Position numbers and translations under genes: made by a program. DNA of 60,716 nucleotides, filler included, from Hausera hauseri (lineage: Eukaryota): the NCBI GenBank assembly GCA_046269625.1. It is 11 parts of 11 records of this genome, joined end to end, with 100 filler letters (N's around TTAATTAATTAA, not from the genome) between each part and the next. Parts side by side here need not be neighbours in the genome. Positions count along the whole stretch, not along the records: positions 13,877 to 18,926 come from JBJURY010351379.1; positions 19,027 to 24,095 come from JBJURY010345602.1; positions 24,196 to 32,059 come from JBJURY010899981.1; 8 more parts are not named here. One strand, given 5' to 3'. Below the pieces are notes generated by a model, which had not been told where the DNA came from, made no database searches, and worked only from the letters and a program-made list of their open reading frames with translations. Shown here piece by piece: positions 13,777 to 26,879 of the stretch (positions are counted from its first letter, which is position 1; each line of letters begins with the position of its first letter).

Positions 13777-13876
13777 NNNNNNNNNNNNNNNNNNNNNNNN
13801 NNNNNNNNNNNNNNNNNNNNTTAATTAATTAANNNNNNNNNNNNNNNNNNNNNNNNNNNNNNNNNNNNNNNNNNNN

Positions 13877-16800
13877 GACTCTCTTCTTTACTTGGCCATA
13901 TACACCAGTAGCATACATTTTTGATATTAACGCCACGAATCTTGAAATAATTGCCCCATTCACCTTATCATTAATTTCCCAAGGAACTTTTCGTTCTTCA
14001 TGGAGCAGTTCTTACGGTCTTTTGGATAGTTCTATGTATCCATATGCTACGACAAGTGAGCAAAGTCATAAAATATATTATCTGCATGGATCTGATATAT
14101 GAAATTATCAATATNNNNNNNNNNTGTTTTAATGAAAATCGTATGTCAAGGTCTTTGATATATCCGGTATCGACTTGCCAACGTAAATTGGCTTGTTGAA
14201 CTCAAGAGATATTTTCAGCATATAAATATTAACCAGGTTCTCAGTGTATATCGTGCTGTTGTGAAAGTTTGGCTTAGCAATCAGCTTCTTGGCCATTTTT
14301 CAATCACGGACCAGTTCAATGTTGATCCTGTTTCGGATGTTCTCCATAATTTTGTCAAAAGCACTTTTGTTATACAGCCTGAATTGGTCTTTCTCGAAGT
14401 CGTTTTTGGCATTAACCCGCAGCTGCGTATGGGGGTCTATATAAGATTTCAACCACATGGATTGGCTGAACTGCAGGGTCCGATGGATCTTCGTGAGGCA
14501 GAGTCCGTTCTTTATTGCTTACTGAAGATTGATGTAGTGGGCTATATACTTCTCCCTATTTTCCTGATGACAGAGCAGCTTTTGATGTGTTCCATTAGGC
14601 AGCTGCTTGTTCTCAGGGAGGAAATGCAGCTGTTCTGGCCTTTTATGGTTATTACGTCAATATTCAACATCCATCTTTAGTATGTAGCTCGTATTTCCAT
14701 TGGAATCTACATCTTGTATTGCTAGATCTTCCGGTTGATCAGTCATTTAAAGTTGTCATAAGGCAATGGAGCGTTCATTGTCCATCCATATAGGTTGTTG
14801 GCATCAAAATATGTTATATACGATGATTTCTTGGATGGATCATATTTGGCCATATATTGTTGTTGGCCTTACTATAGCAGTGAATGGTCTGGCATATTCC
14901 ACCTCTAATGCCTCGCTTTATCATGAAGATCATATTATAATCCTTCAAGATCTTTAACCTAATACCGGTATATCGCAGCATAGCTGTGCAACTCGTTCCT
15001 GGAGCTATAAAGAAATGAGCTGGATCCAATTTGTGGCTTGCAGCTGTGACATACCAAAAGCTTCCAAATACTTTTTCAGCAGAAGCGCATCCGTCTTGAG
15101 GTATACATCACAATATTCTCTTATTTTCCTACACATGAGTGCTTTCAAGACATTTTGAGCGTGTTGGTAATCTACATCGCTGATATCACTGTCTGAGATC
15201 TGACTGTAAAAGTCCTTCTTGACCAGCAATGCTGTTTTGACCAGTGTTCCCCATAATGTGATGTCATCATAGGGAAACACTCCTTTCCTTTTGACCAAGC
15301 CAAATGTAGTAGGAAAAAGTCGCTTCGTCTCTTTCAGTTTTCCTTCTGAAGGGTTTTTCACTAGGCTACTAACTGACAAAGACATGAATCGAAAGCTGTC
15401 TACGAAGTTGAGTCTGACTTTCCCATCATGCTTTGTAAATGTGGCACATTTTTCTTAGTTATTTGGGATCATGTCGATGTTACCTTCAATGTTTTCTAGT
15501 TCCTGAACAGTGAAGCGGAAATTATATCCACTGAGGTTGTGGAATATTAAAGGCACAAATGTCACTGTAGATTGCAACGTGGATTGCAATTGTTGCAAGC
15601 TGCGATTGGATATGTGCCTGTAAAATGGCCGTAATCCCTGACTTTGTGGTTTACCTTATATTGTTGCCTCAAACTATTCTTCTTATTCCTTCATTGTATC
15701 CAAATTTTTGCGTTGCTGCAACATAACTTCAATCATATGAACCATGTCTTTTAATTTATTCTTAAAATGTGCTGCTGCATTTAGATCCCTGAATAGAAAA
15801 GGGTCCTTGTCCATTTGTTTCGCATACAAACAATATTACGAGAGTTCAGGATATGCCGTTGTCCTGCTTTGGTGCAAATTTTGGTTACAACTCTGAACTG
15901 GACTCAAGATTGTTTCGTAGTTGCGATAGATGACTATTAGAACATTGAAATTCTTTTCGAATTCTTTAAATTCTATATTATTCTCTCTGGGAAATTCTGA
16001 CCTGATACAATAATTTTGTTGCAATATATCTTGTGTTCCGCAAGCTTTTTTATAGCTGCATCGCCACCAAAATGCGACACACATCTTTTGCAGATTTCAA
16101 TTCTTTCATGATTTGTTGTTAGTTGGGATCTCACTAGAAATTTAAAGTTCTTGATCCAAACAAAATGTTTTCTCCATCGTTCAGCATAAGCATATCTCTA
16201 TGATTTTTCAATTCGGCATCACATATTTGTAGAAAATAGAATTTATCTTCTTACAATCCAAAGATATTGATGGATATATTGTTAAGTCGCCAAAATATTT
16301 TGACTTCATCTTAGGATGACGGGAACGTAATACGTTGGAAGTCATAATTGTGCATGTTTTTGATCCCGTACGAGTTTTGAAAGAATGGAGTATTTAAAAC
16401 TCTTGCATCATTATTATGGACATTGATCATGCTTTTTTAACGCTCCATTCCGGAAGCTGTATATATGAGCTACCCCACATGGGGAACTACTTGTGCACAA
16501 ACAGAACCAATCTCTTTATGATGGCCAGAGTTCAGCCACTCTTCTTGTCCTGTTTTTCCTCGGCTTCATGTATCAGATTTGCATGTTCTTCCTGCAGCCA
16601 ATCTGAAATATTGATGGTTTTTAATAAGGCGCTATTTGATTCTTCACCATCAACATTGGTGAATGCGGCCTCTAATTTCAAGTTGACTTTAAGGGCCTTC
16701 AGCTCCGCCATGTTATCTTGGAGAATTTCCGTGGTTTTATCATTTGTATATTCCAAAAAATCATAGAGGGTTGTTTGATCAGTTGCAAATATGACATATC

Positions 16801-17400
16801 TGGGGACTTTGCTGTTTAGTGCTGCAATATCAACGGCTCGTTGCCTTTGAATTTTTGGTGGATCATATGAAATATCTTCCATAGCACATTTTAATCCTGT
16901 TTGCTGCTGCTTTATAGATTTTGGTTGCTGCGTCAAGGTGTGCTGCGTTGAAATATATGAAACTGGCTGTGCAGGATCTGGAACTGGTTGTAAATCAGCA
17001 ACAACAGCAGGATTATGTTGCTTATTGAAGATGGTCTTCTTTGACTTTGACTTGAAGTCTGTCAAATGAGCCTTGTGATTTTCATAAAACTGCATGTATT
17101 CTGCGCCGCATACAGTCTCGCATCTTGGCCGAATATAATATTGGATCCGGTTGAATAGTAGCGGAGTGTATCATGGCAGTTGTGCGAATTGTGTACTGTG
17201 ATGTGCAATACGCATAGGAAGTGCAGTTTTAAATTTTTTGTGTAACGTATGACTTAATCGGTATATTCTCTTTCTTCGGCTTGGTAAAGGAAGTCAGATG
17301 TTGTTTGTAGGCATTGTAGAATTCTTCATAACTGGTTCTTCACACTACCTCACATGTAGGATATAATTTTCAGTCTTGTTGTAATTGTGACTGAAATATT
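13877..17400 (-). mobile_element. Second pseudogenised protein-primed PolB (different Polinton/adintovirus-like family)
   Basis: 'GSSYIQLP', 'VRDYGHFTG..AACNNCN', 'LIFHNLSGY', 'FVDSFRFM', 'KRKGVFPYD', 'YCDVYLKTD', 'KRGIRGG', 'YFDANNLYG', 'NKPIYVG', 'FVALISKMYA'; many stops and frameshifts; internal N10 gap at 14115. Confidence 0.9.
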
Positions 17401-17799
17401 TTTGCATTGCATTGTGGCAATTCTCCGTCTCGTGAATATGAGCCACACAGTCTTTGTATAACTTACAATTCTAGAAATAGACAAATTATTTGTGGAGCAC
17501 AATTAAAAAACTCATCATTCTTGGAAGTGATTTCTGAAATAATGAAAAATATAACCATGTCAACGCACACGGTATCGTTTATTGATTTTTTTATTTCAAT
17601 TTTAAATTTATTGATTTTTTATTTGAATTTTAAATGTATTGATTTTTCTATTTGAATTTTATTGATTTTCGAATATTTCACAACAATTTGCTTTAAAACA
17701 TTAATTACACGAAATTGTCACCAACTTTGAAATTTGTTTTAATGCATCAGTTGCATAAATTTTACCGCGCCAATTTTAAAATTTTATTGAGGTTTTCCT

Positions 17800-18600
17800 A
17801 TATGGAGAATCCAAGGAAGTGGTCAAATGATTCGATTAATTTACGGTTGACTAATTATTCGAGTTCGACTCGATAATTATTCGATCCGGAAACTTGTTTT
17901 CAAGTACCTGACGTCATATTCCGATTTCTCATATTTCCTGTCTATCTATGCTTAAAGATTTACCGAATTCTGCGTGGTTCACCTTCAAATTCACATTCTA
18001 ACATTTAACAAATAATTAAAAAACCGGTCAATGTTAAATTCTATAATATTAATGCATAATTGAATTTATTGGAAAGCCTTGGTGTAATAGACAACGGTGC
18101 ATTGGTCGGCGTGAATTTTGTTTTTTTTACAGGTTTTCGCATATTGGGAATCCAAAGGACTCATCAGATTCTTCGAATAATTTCGTTTGAGCGAATTTTC
18201 GAGTTTGAATATCTAAATATTAGAGTTGTGAACCTGTTTCCGAATATCTGACGTCATATTCCGATTAGCCTTATATGGATTTTTATCCAACCCTGCATAA
18301 AGAATTTTCGATTTTTGCTTCATTGATCTTAAAATGCACATTTTGCTTAATTAGATTTATTCATTTTATATCTATAAAGCATATTTTCATGGAATAATTT
18401 TAATAAATCAAGGGGTTTTGGCACATGGGGAATCGAGTGACTTCATCAGATTTTTCGAATATTTCGAAGTTCGATATTCTGGCAAAATGTCGAATTTTGA
18501 ATATTTGACTCGAGATCTGAATACTTGGTTTTCTATCTATCCCGCTCAGTGTAATATCGAATTTTGATTCATTAGGACCTATAAAGCCTATGGGCATTCT
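17800..18600. repeat. Diverged ~300-340-bp tandem units upstream of PolB
   Basis: CTGACGTCATATTCCGATT at 17908 and 18248; GGAATC..GA(C/G)T..CATCAGATT.TTCGAATA-type block at about 18146 and 18428. Confidence 0.55.
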
Positions 18601-19026
18601 CCCCAACTTGCACTTTCGAGTAGATATTACTGGAACACCATTCGATCGGTTTAAATATTAATTGCACATTCGTATATTGCACCGTATTTGCACTCGATTG
18701 CACCCAGTGAAATGCGCTAATCATCAGTATTGGAATTATCGAAAAACCGGTATCATTGATTTGCACCAATTTGAACATGTTCAGGTGCATTGCACTGTGC
18801 ACAAAACTATGTACACTAATGTGCACTATCTATTTGCATTCTACCCTAATCAATGCGATCAATACTGCATTGTGAAGCGATCTATTTGTGAAATGTACAA
18901 AAGTGTTATGGCAATGGTGCCTAAGGNNNNNNNNNNNNNNNNNNNNNNNNNNNNNNNNNNNNNNNNNNNNTTAATTAATTAANNNNNNNNNNNNNNNNNN
19001 NNNNNNNNNNNNNNNNNNNNNNNNNN

Positions 19027-19115
19027 TGTGAGTGAGAGAGTGAATGGTTGTTTGTCTCGTTTGTCTCTATGTGTCCCTGTGATGGACTGGAGACCTGTCC
19101 AGGTGTCTCCACCTC
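19027..19115 (+). mobile_element. Fish V-SINE (HE1/Mermaid-like) 3' fragment
   Basis: gtgaatggttgtttgtct...ccctgtgatggactggagacctgtccaggtgt matches the recalled teleost SINE consensus. Confidence 0.75.
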
Positions 19116-21891
19116 TCACACACTGACTGCTGGACATAGAATTCACAATCAAGGAGGAACGAGCAGAAGACAAATCTAAATCAAATCAATATTTTATGTG
19201 ACCGATCTTTGCCTTCCAAACAGCATCGATACTTCCTGGTATACTTGCACAAGTCAGGGGTTATAGTCAGGTGTATAATTAAATATTTATATCAAACAGG
19301 TACAAATGAACATTTTGATACTAAAGTTGAAACGTTGTCATTAACTGAAGCAGAAACAGCTGTGAGCGAGACAAGAAACTAGATGAGGAACAGAAAAACT
19401 GTGCTGCCAATGTGAGGTTGTGGGAAACAGTTTCATGCCACAGGTCTGAAACCAGGACGAGACTGAACACAGCAACCAGACCAGTGGCACTACTGTTACA
19501 ACAAGATGGTCACGTCAAGGCAAACATTTCCAGTCAGCCTGGGATTTTAGGACAGGTTGTTCAAACTCTTGAAATTAAACTCAAAGAACTCAAAGGAAGG
19601 AATATATATTTCTTATGATCTTGCAAGATCTGTTGGGATTTCAGAGTCAGAGGTTTTTTTGGGGTCATTTCAGATACCATACTTGTCGCCGTACATGTCA
19701 CACTATCCTATAAGTCGCATCAGTCCAAAAATGTCTAATGAAGTGGAAAAATCCATAAATATGTAGCTTCGCTGTATATGTCACATCTATTATGCATCAC
19801 TGCCGACGACCCGGAAATGTGGGCCGGTGCTGTGCCAAAAATCAATTGGCTGCCAAATGGCGGCCACGGGAGCGTGCACGGGAGGACTTTAACAAGAATT
19901 TAACAAGATTAACACTTAAAAACAATTATTTGTTTGCTCGACATTATAGCAAAGATGTGTCTTAGTTGAACTTTTCCCTAATAAATGCACTTTAATGGTC
20001 AAATCAGCTGCATGCTGCCTGGGTGTTGCAGTGAAACGCAGCTGAGTTGACGTTTGCTCCAGGAGTTCCAGAGCGAGACAAAGGTGGTCTCTACGCTGGC
20101 AAATACAGAACGGACCAATACATATTGAAACAAAACAGCCTTCCCCAGGATCATGATGCAACATAGAACATAAAGTACAAAACAAAACAACACACAGTGC
20201 AGATACACAACAGTACAATAAATACAAACAGAGCTTTAATAAATGCAAAAAGACATCTAACCTAATCTAAACATTTCAATCTAAACAGGTAATTGAGAGA
20301 CAAGACTAGAGACAAGTAAAATGTTTGGAAGGGAAGGAACTGTTTTTTTGTAATCTGTGTATGCATGGGTATGTTCTTTTGTTTAACTTGACAGATTTAA
20401 TGAAACTAGCAGATGATAATTAGTGAAAGTGCTTGTAGCGCTATTATTAACTTTTCGGATTAACCTGATTGAAGATGGTCACCAAGTGACCTTAGCAAAC
20501 ATAAAATGGTGGTAATTTAGCTATTTGCTGTCAGCTAAAAATTGGTGTGGTTATCATTAACTACAGTGTATATAGGCCATTCTTTTTGTTGACAAAATAT
20601 CTAAAAAATGTCTTTATTGAAACTAATTAACTTCTGCAGTCAATCTAATTCAAGATGGCTACTATAGCTAACTAGCATTAGCCAACACAAAAATGGTCAT
20701 AAATCTGTCAATTTTTATAGATAATGAGTTGGATGTGGTCATAGCTGTGAGTAGTTCCCAACAGCAAATCCAAGTGACATCTAGTGATTTTGCATGAGAT
20801 TACACACAGTCATTTATTTTATCATTTGTAACATGAGATGATTTTAGTCTAAAACTCTGGCACTGGAAGATGGTGGGCGATGTGCACACCTCTAGAGAAC
20901 ACTATGCCTTCAGTCCTGCGGAGTAAAAAGGGGGGATTGGAAATATTCTCTGTTTGTGCATGTTGTGAGTATAAGTAGAAAAATAAGAGAGGGGCCAACA
21001 TCCATTTTGGTGTGTTGCTACATCTAGGTGGCGTGTCAAAATCCAAGATGGCCAACGCCAACTTTTTGAAAACCAACCACCCCGATCATTTTAGGAAGCT
21101 ATGCTTTTTAGTTTTTATTATACTTAAACGTATAGTTTCCTCATATCATTAGGGTGACCATATATTATTTTAAGTGGGCAAGGCCGCCACTGGCCACCCC
21201 CTGGGTCCGCCATTGCGCCTTGTGATGGATACACTTGCTCTTTTCACTCGCCATGATCGGTCACGCTGCGCTGTCTTGGACAACCAAAAATAAAAAAAAC
21301 ACCTCTATTCTTAAACACAGCATAACTCCTGCCTGCTTGAATATTTTGCACCAGAAGCATTAAAGTTCACGTGCATTCTGTGTTCAATGTGTGTAGAAAA
21401 ACTTGAAAAACTCAGCTCAGACTCTCGCATATAGAGCCAGAAGGATTCGAGCCAGCTCACATTCACAAGATCTGCTTCAGTCCTCCGAGGTGCTCAGAAC
21501 TCCCTTACTTTGGTTCCCTCACACGACAACCACTTTCACTAACACGTCCCCATTTTGCACAGTGCTCAATATAAATCCATCCATTACCTTTATCTGCTTC
21601 TTCCTTTTCAAGTCGCGGGGGTCACTACTGGTGCCCATGTCAAGCAGTCACTGTGCGAGAGGTGGACTAAATCTAAAATCTAAAATAATATAATAATCAG
21701 GAGCTGCGTTGTGGAACCCCTGCATAAACATTAAAAACAGCTTCACACACTTAGTCCATCTTTCGTAAGACTGTACGTACATATTCCCTTTGTACCTGGT
21801 GCAATGTCAATAAAGATTACTTTGACTCTGAATAATGCTTTGATAGCCGCTTGCTGTTCACAGACGGCTGAGTGAGCCTCACAATAACAGC

Positions 21892-21980
21892 ATTGAGAGA
21901 GGAGTGAAGGAAGCCATGTTTGTGAAGAGAAACAGGGTGGAGGCCTCCATGTCCAACTGTCACCTTCTTACAATGCTGTT
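21892..21980 (+). mobile_element. Penelope-like element GIY-YIG C-terminal relic
   Basis: 'ERGVKEAMFVK..NRGGGL..LSPSYNAV' across a frameshift. Confidence 0.6.
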
Positions 21981-21994
21981 ATTAGTCTGTAAAC

Positions 21995-22100
21995 ATAATC
22001 ATACGTGTGTGTATATATATACACATGTATATAAATATATATATTATGTACATGTATACCTATCTATCTATCTATCTATCTATCCATATCTATATACTAT
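21995..22100. repeat. (TA)n/(TCTA)n microsatellite cluster
   Basis: gtgtgtgtatatatat...tatctatctatctatctatc. Confidence 0.85.
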
Positions 22101-23860
22101 ATTTCCATATATGATTGTTTATTTCTATCCAGAGACAGTAATGAATCCAAAAGGTTTTGGTATTCTGAAGAATCTGGAATGATTACAAAGAAATCTTTGC
22201 ACTTGTCTGATGTAAGTAAAAGTTATAAATATACCATAAAAATACATGAAGAATTTAATAATAAAAACATGAATATTAATCAAATTGACCAAGTTAAAGC
22301 TAATTCAGTGTTGGTTAAGGTGGAGAGGATTCAAAAATTACGTTTCATTAAAATACGTCCAATCATTCATCAGATATTTTGCTAACAGACAGACATGACT
22401 TGACTCCAGCATAGAAAAGTTTTCAAAACAAATGCGTGATCTGTTAGCACTCAGAGTATGTGCTGTGAATGACTCCCAGCTACTACCACAACAACATCTC
22501 AGCTCCATGGAACTGATTTTTCACAACTATTTGTGTTGAAGGTCACTTAGCTGTGGCGGCCATCTTGAATGTACGGACTCCACAGGTTAATGAACATGAA
22601 ATGATTACTTTCTGAGTGTCAGTCAACCTGTTCATACCATATTTTGCTAACAGGACAAATGAACACACAGACATGGATGAAGACTTGAATTCCTTCTGAT
22701 AAGTTTCTTTGAGAGCAGCTTCAATTTGGAGTCAGTGCTCGATACTTCAACATGTTTAGAGCTTCAAAGTTTTAGAGCCCAGAGTTTTTACAGACTGCAG
22801 AATGATGAAGACATCTAAAGAGCTTCAGGTGAATCTGAAGCAGCTGCTCACTGAACCAGGAGTCCACGCTTCATGCGTCTGAATCTTCAGCTTCATTTAA
22901 ACACAGGAACCTCAGTAGAGCTCTTTGGTGATGCAGCATTTGTTTGTTTAAAGGAGAGTTAGCAAAATATTTCAGTAAACAGATGTTTGACATGTTTGAT
23001 CCTCGCCAGATGTTATAGACCACCACTGCTCTGCTCTGATGTCTGTTTCAGAGCCACTGGACTCTGCAGCCTTCTTTGGTCCCACTCAGCTGATTGATAC
23101 ATGTATTGGTTGTCATGACAACCGCTTCCCTGTTCCTACATCTGAGGCTGAACTTTGAAGAAGTGTGTGCGTTACAAACACGACACCACATCTGTTCCAG
23201 CATTTAACGTGAAGTGGGTTTAAAGTCTCGACACAAATACACAAATCATGACATCTTCCATGTTTACTGTCAAATAAACATTGAAAAACTTTGAATAAAC
23301 ACCAAAACAGTTCATGTTTACACATTTTATTCTTATTTTTATTGCAGTTGTCATTTGCAGAGTTTTAAAACGTCCATTCTAAACTTGACTTTTTTCCAGC
23401 AGTTACCTGCAAAAAGCAATAAAAACAATATGAGAGATCAAATAATCAAATGTGTAAGTACACAGCATTCTGTAGACATTTGTTTAAAAAAGTACTTACC
23501 TTTGTTTGTCCTCAGCTGTCAGTCACCTAAAAAACTAATAAACACAAAGTCAACATAATAACATTTACTTTATTTACATCAACTAGATTTATAAAATACT
23601 TCTTTCAAAATGGACTTGTCTTGTGTCATCTTGATTCCAGGTGGCAGCAATCTACAAAAAACACAAGATAATATTAATACACAGGAATTGTGTACAAATA
23701 TTTAAATGATGTTCTGGATATTTGTTTTTAAATGAACTTACCTTTTTTCAGATGTTGTTCAAGCTGTTGGCAACAAACTACCAGAGAGAATGGACAAATA
23801 TTAGAAAGGTTTATGTTTCACGTGAAATAGACTTTAAAACTATAAATATTTCTGTCCAAA

Positions 23861-24095
23861 AGGTACTTATCGTTCTTGTCCAAGGGTCACCCCCCCAAAA
23901 AAAACATAAACAAATGAATAAACAAATAAAAACAACATCCATAAACTTTATAAATACATAAAACATTATAAATAGTTTAAAGGTACTTATCTTTCTTGTC
24001 CAAGGGTCACCCCCCCTAAAAAAAAACATAAACAAATGAATAAACAAATAAAAACAACATCCATAAACTTTATAAATACATAAAACATTATAAAT
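23861..24095. repeat. 120-bp tandem duplication (2 copies)
   Basis: aggtacttatc..caagggtcacccccc.. starts at 23861 and 23981; near-identical. Confidence 0.9.
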
Positions 24096-24195
24096 NNNNN
24101 NNNNNNNNNNNNNNNNNNNNNNNNNNNNNNNNNNNNNNNTTAATTAATTAANNNNNNNNNNNNNNNNNNNNNNNNNNNNNNNNNNNNNNNNNNNN

Positions 24196-25295
24196 CATTC
24201 CGTAAGCCAAAAGGCATACGTAGGTACTCGAACAAACCAAAAGGCGTTATTACGGCCGTTTTTGGAATATCTACGGTAGCTACAGGGATCTGGTGGTATA
24301 CCCTTTCCAGATCGATTGTGCTGAATATTGCAGCACCATGTCGGCGATGCAATATATCTGTTACCAACGGTGTTGGGTAGAAATCGTGGATGGTGACGTT
24401 CTTCAACATTCTATAATCACCGCAAGGCTGGTATGATCCGTCCTTTTTGAGAACCATGTGGAATGGTGATGTCCACGGTGATGTAGAGCGGCGTATAATG
24501 CCTGTTTCTTCGATGTGTCGAAATTCAGCTACCGCGGCTGCTCGCTTGACAGGGTCAAGATTCCTCCGCAGTTGCCGAATCGGTCGGTCACATAATGTGA
24601 CGACAAAATGTGATGTTTTCACCTCCTTCTGTGTTGGTTGTGCTGAGCGTTTCAACAGGTTAGGATATTGCGCTTGCAGCAATGAAACGACGTCAATGGG
24701 ATTTGCGATTTTGATATCCGTGACAGCGTTTATAGTTGGTGTGAATGCGGATAGGTGTAATGGATTTCGCCCGCTGGTGAGTTGTCAATTTCGGTAATCA
24801 ACTGTAAGATCGTAGTGATCTAGGAAGTCAGAACCAAGGATCGGTTGCATGACATCGGCCAATATGAATAACCAAGCGTATGGTCAGCATTGTAGGTAAA
24901 ATTGTGGATACAGTGTACCTGTGTTGTTATGCTCGTGCCATTGACAGTTTTGAGCGATGCATGCAAGACCAGCGTAGGTCTAGTGTATTTGCTAGGTATC
25001 AGCGATAAAGCTGCACCAGTGTCGATTAGAAAATCGAGTTGTTTCGGAATGTAAGAGTGTAGTGGCACCTCTTCGAAAGTGAAAATAGCATCGACAATGC
25101 GTTCGCTGCCTGTGCACGGCAGTTGTAATGATTGGGTTTCCAGTCTACGTGCCGTTGGTCGTCTAGGCATATTTAGTTTTTTGATGGCTTGTGAAATTTG
25201 TAGCCGGGTCGACAGATTTTTGCATCTGGACCGAAATGGTTGTGATAAATGATAGTGTCTCGCATTTTTACGTTTGCCGATGGCTTGTCGAATTG
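24196..25295 (-). mobile_element. Gypsy gag end, protease and RT N-terminus
   Basis: 'YHNHFGPDAKIC' knuckle; 'FLIDTGAALSLIP'; 'SPWTSPFHMVLKKDGSYQPCGDYRMLK..FSTIDLERVYHQIPV..KTAVITPFGLFEYLRMPFGLRN'. Confidence 0.93.
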
Positions 25296-25329
25296 ACAAC
25301 TATGGTAACATGTATAGGCGGGCACCACA

Positions 25330-26547
25330 CCCTGCACATCAAGTTTTGAATTCGTGCATATCGATATCGTTGGCCGTCTTCCTCCAGACAACGGGCATCA
25401 ATTCTTCCTCACCATGATGGACCGTTTCTCGCGATGGTCAGAAGCCATTCCTTTGCGGAGCACAAATACCGACACTGTATCTGACGTTTTCATTCGCACA
25501 TGAATCAGAAAGTTTGGATCACCTCGCTTCATCATCACGGACGAGGGTCCACAGTTTGAATCCAACCTGTTCAAATCCCTTGTTAACCGATTGGGGATCC
25601 ATCACATACATACTATGCCTTATGACCCCCAATCGAATGGCCTTCTAGAACATTTCCACCAAACATTGAAAACGTCACTAAGAATTCTGGCAGAGTCCAG
25701 CACTAGTTGGACGAATCTTCTTTCGTTTCTTCTGCTCGGCTGGCGGAACACTCCGTCCACTTCTACAGGATGCTCACCTATTAAAACCTTATTCGGAGCT
25801 CCTGTACAATCATTACTCAAACTAACCGCCCTAGACGACACTGCCACGGATGAGACGATACGGGCGACGCAAAATCACTTCGTTGAGGTCAGCAAAGATT
25901 CGTTCTGCAGGCTACTTCACAAATACAAAACATACTTACCCGAAGATCTGTATTCGGCAAAATTCGTATGGTTAGAGAATCAGGCGCCTTGGGGTTTCCA
26001 GCCAAGGTACCTGGGGCCCTATAAACTGATACAGCTGCACTCACACAACGCCATTATCTTTAAAGATGGCAGAGAACTTACAGTACACATTAAGAACTTA
26101 AAGCCCGCTTTTTTTGTCGACGACACCTTACCAACCGACACGTCAACCTCTTCTCATTCCTCCACTCCCTACTATCCATATATTTGTTGCTACATAATTT
26201 CCACTTCCTCTTTCGCGCCTAGTCCTGCTCCATCATTTTCTACATTTTCTACTTCTATTCCTACCACACCCTATGTTTCATCTTCCTCTTCCACTCTTTC
26301 ACTCAACACCATTCAAATCTCTACTCCAACTTTTTCCTCGCTTCCTTTATGCGCCACTACACCTTTTATCACTCCTTCGTCTTCTAACACTCTTTGCAAT
26401 GCCTTTAACCATCCGTCTTCAATAATCCCTCTTCCTTCTTCGTCCTCTTCTTTTTATTCCGACTCATCTTCGCACGACACAACACCTACATCAAAACCTA
26501 CCAATTTTTCCCCAACCTCAATCGCTTCAAACAAACACATCGCATAA
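25330..26547 (+). mobile_element. Gypsy integrase with a long Ser/Thr/Pro-rich tail
   Basis: 'VHIDIVGRLP..TMMDRFSRWSEAIPL..IITDEGPQFES..PYDPQSNGLLEHFHQTLK..PRYLGPY..VHIKNLKPA'; G-rich PPT-like tract at about 26704-26715. Confidence 0.92.
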
Positions 26548-26879
26548 AGACACAACACGCAGAATCATATTTAGCAAGTATAGCAGGAAAAAATCAGTTG
26601 AAGGTACCCAAAGTGTTATTCACACTAAGCTCAACTGACACAAGCACTTTTCGTTTTGCGATTTTTTCTCTGTCCTTTTACACTTCATAGTTTCTACTTT
26701 GCCACGGGGGTGATATGGTGCCTACATCGACCGTCACCCTCTGGCCCATTTGGTTGGGCACGGGCGGGCCTCCGTTGCCGCCTCGTCGGGTCGATAGACG
26801 GGCCCGGATATTCCGCCTCGAGAACTTCACAAGACAATCTACTCACACACGATTAATTTATTTCAATGTCATCGATTGA

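Larger units (their letters stand above)
19027..24095. other. Teleost-like non-coding genomic contig (probable host contamination)
   Basis: Fish-type SINE end, Penelope relic, hAT-like terminus, (TA)n/(TCTA)n microsatellites, CpG depletion, vertebrate-style micro-exons. Confidence 0.75.

Noticed and set aside
9021-18926. One element with two convergent PolB genes
   Set aside because: The two PolB genes are on separate contigs split by an artificial spacer and are clearly divergent from each other.
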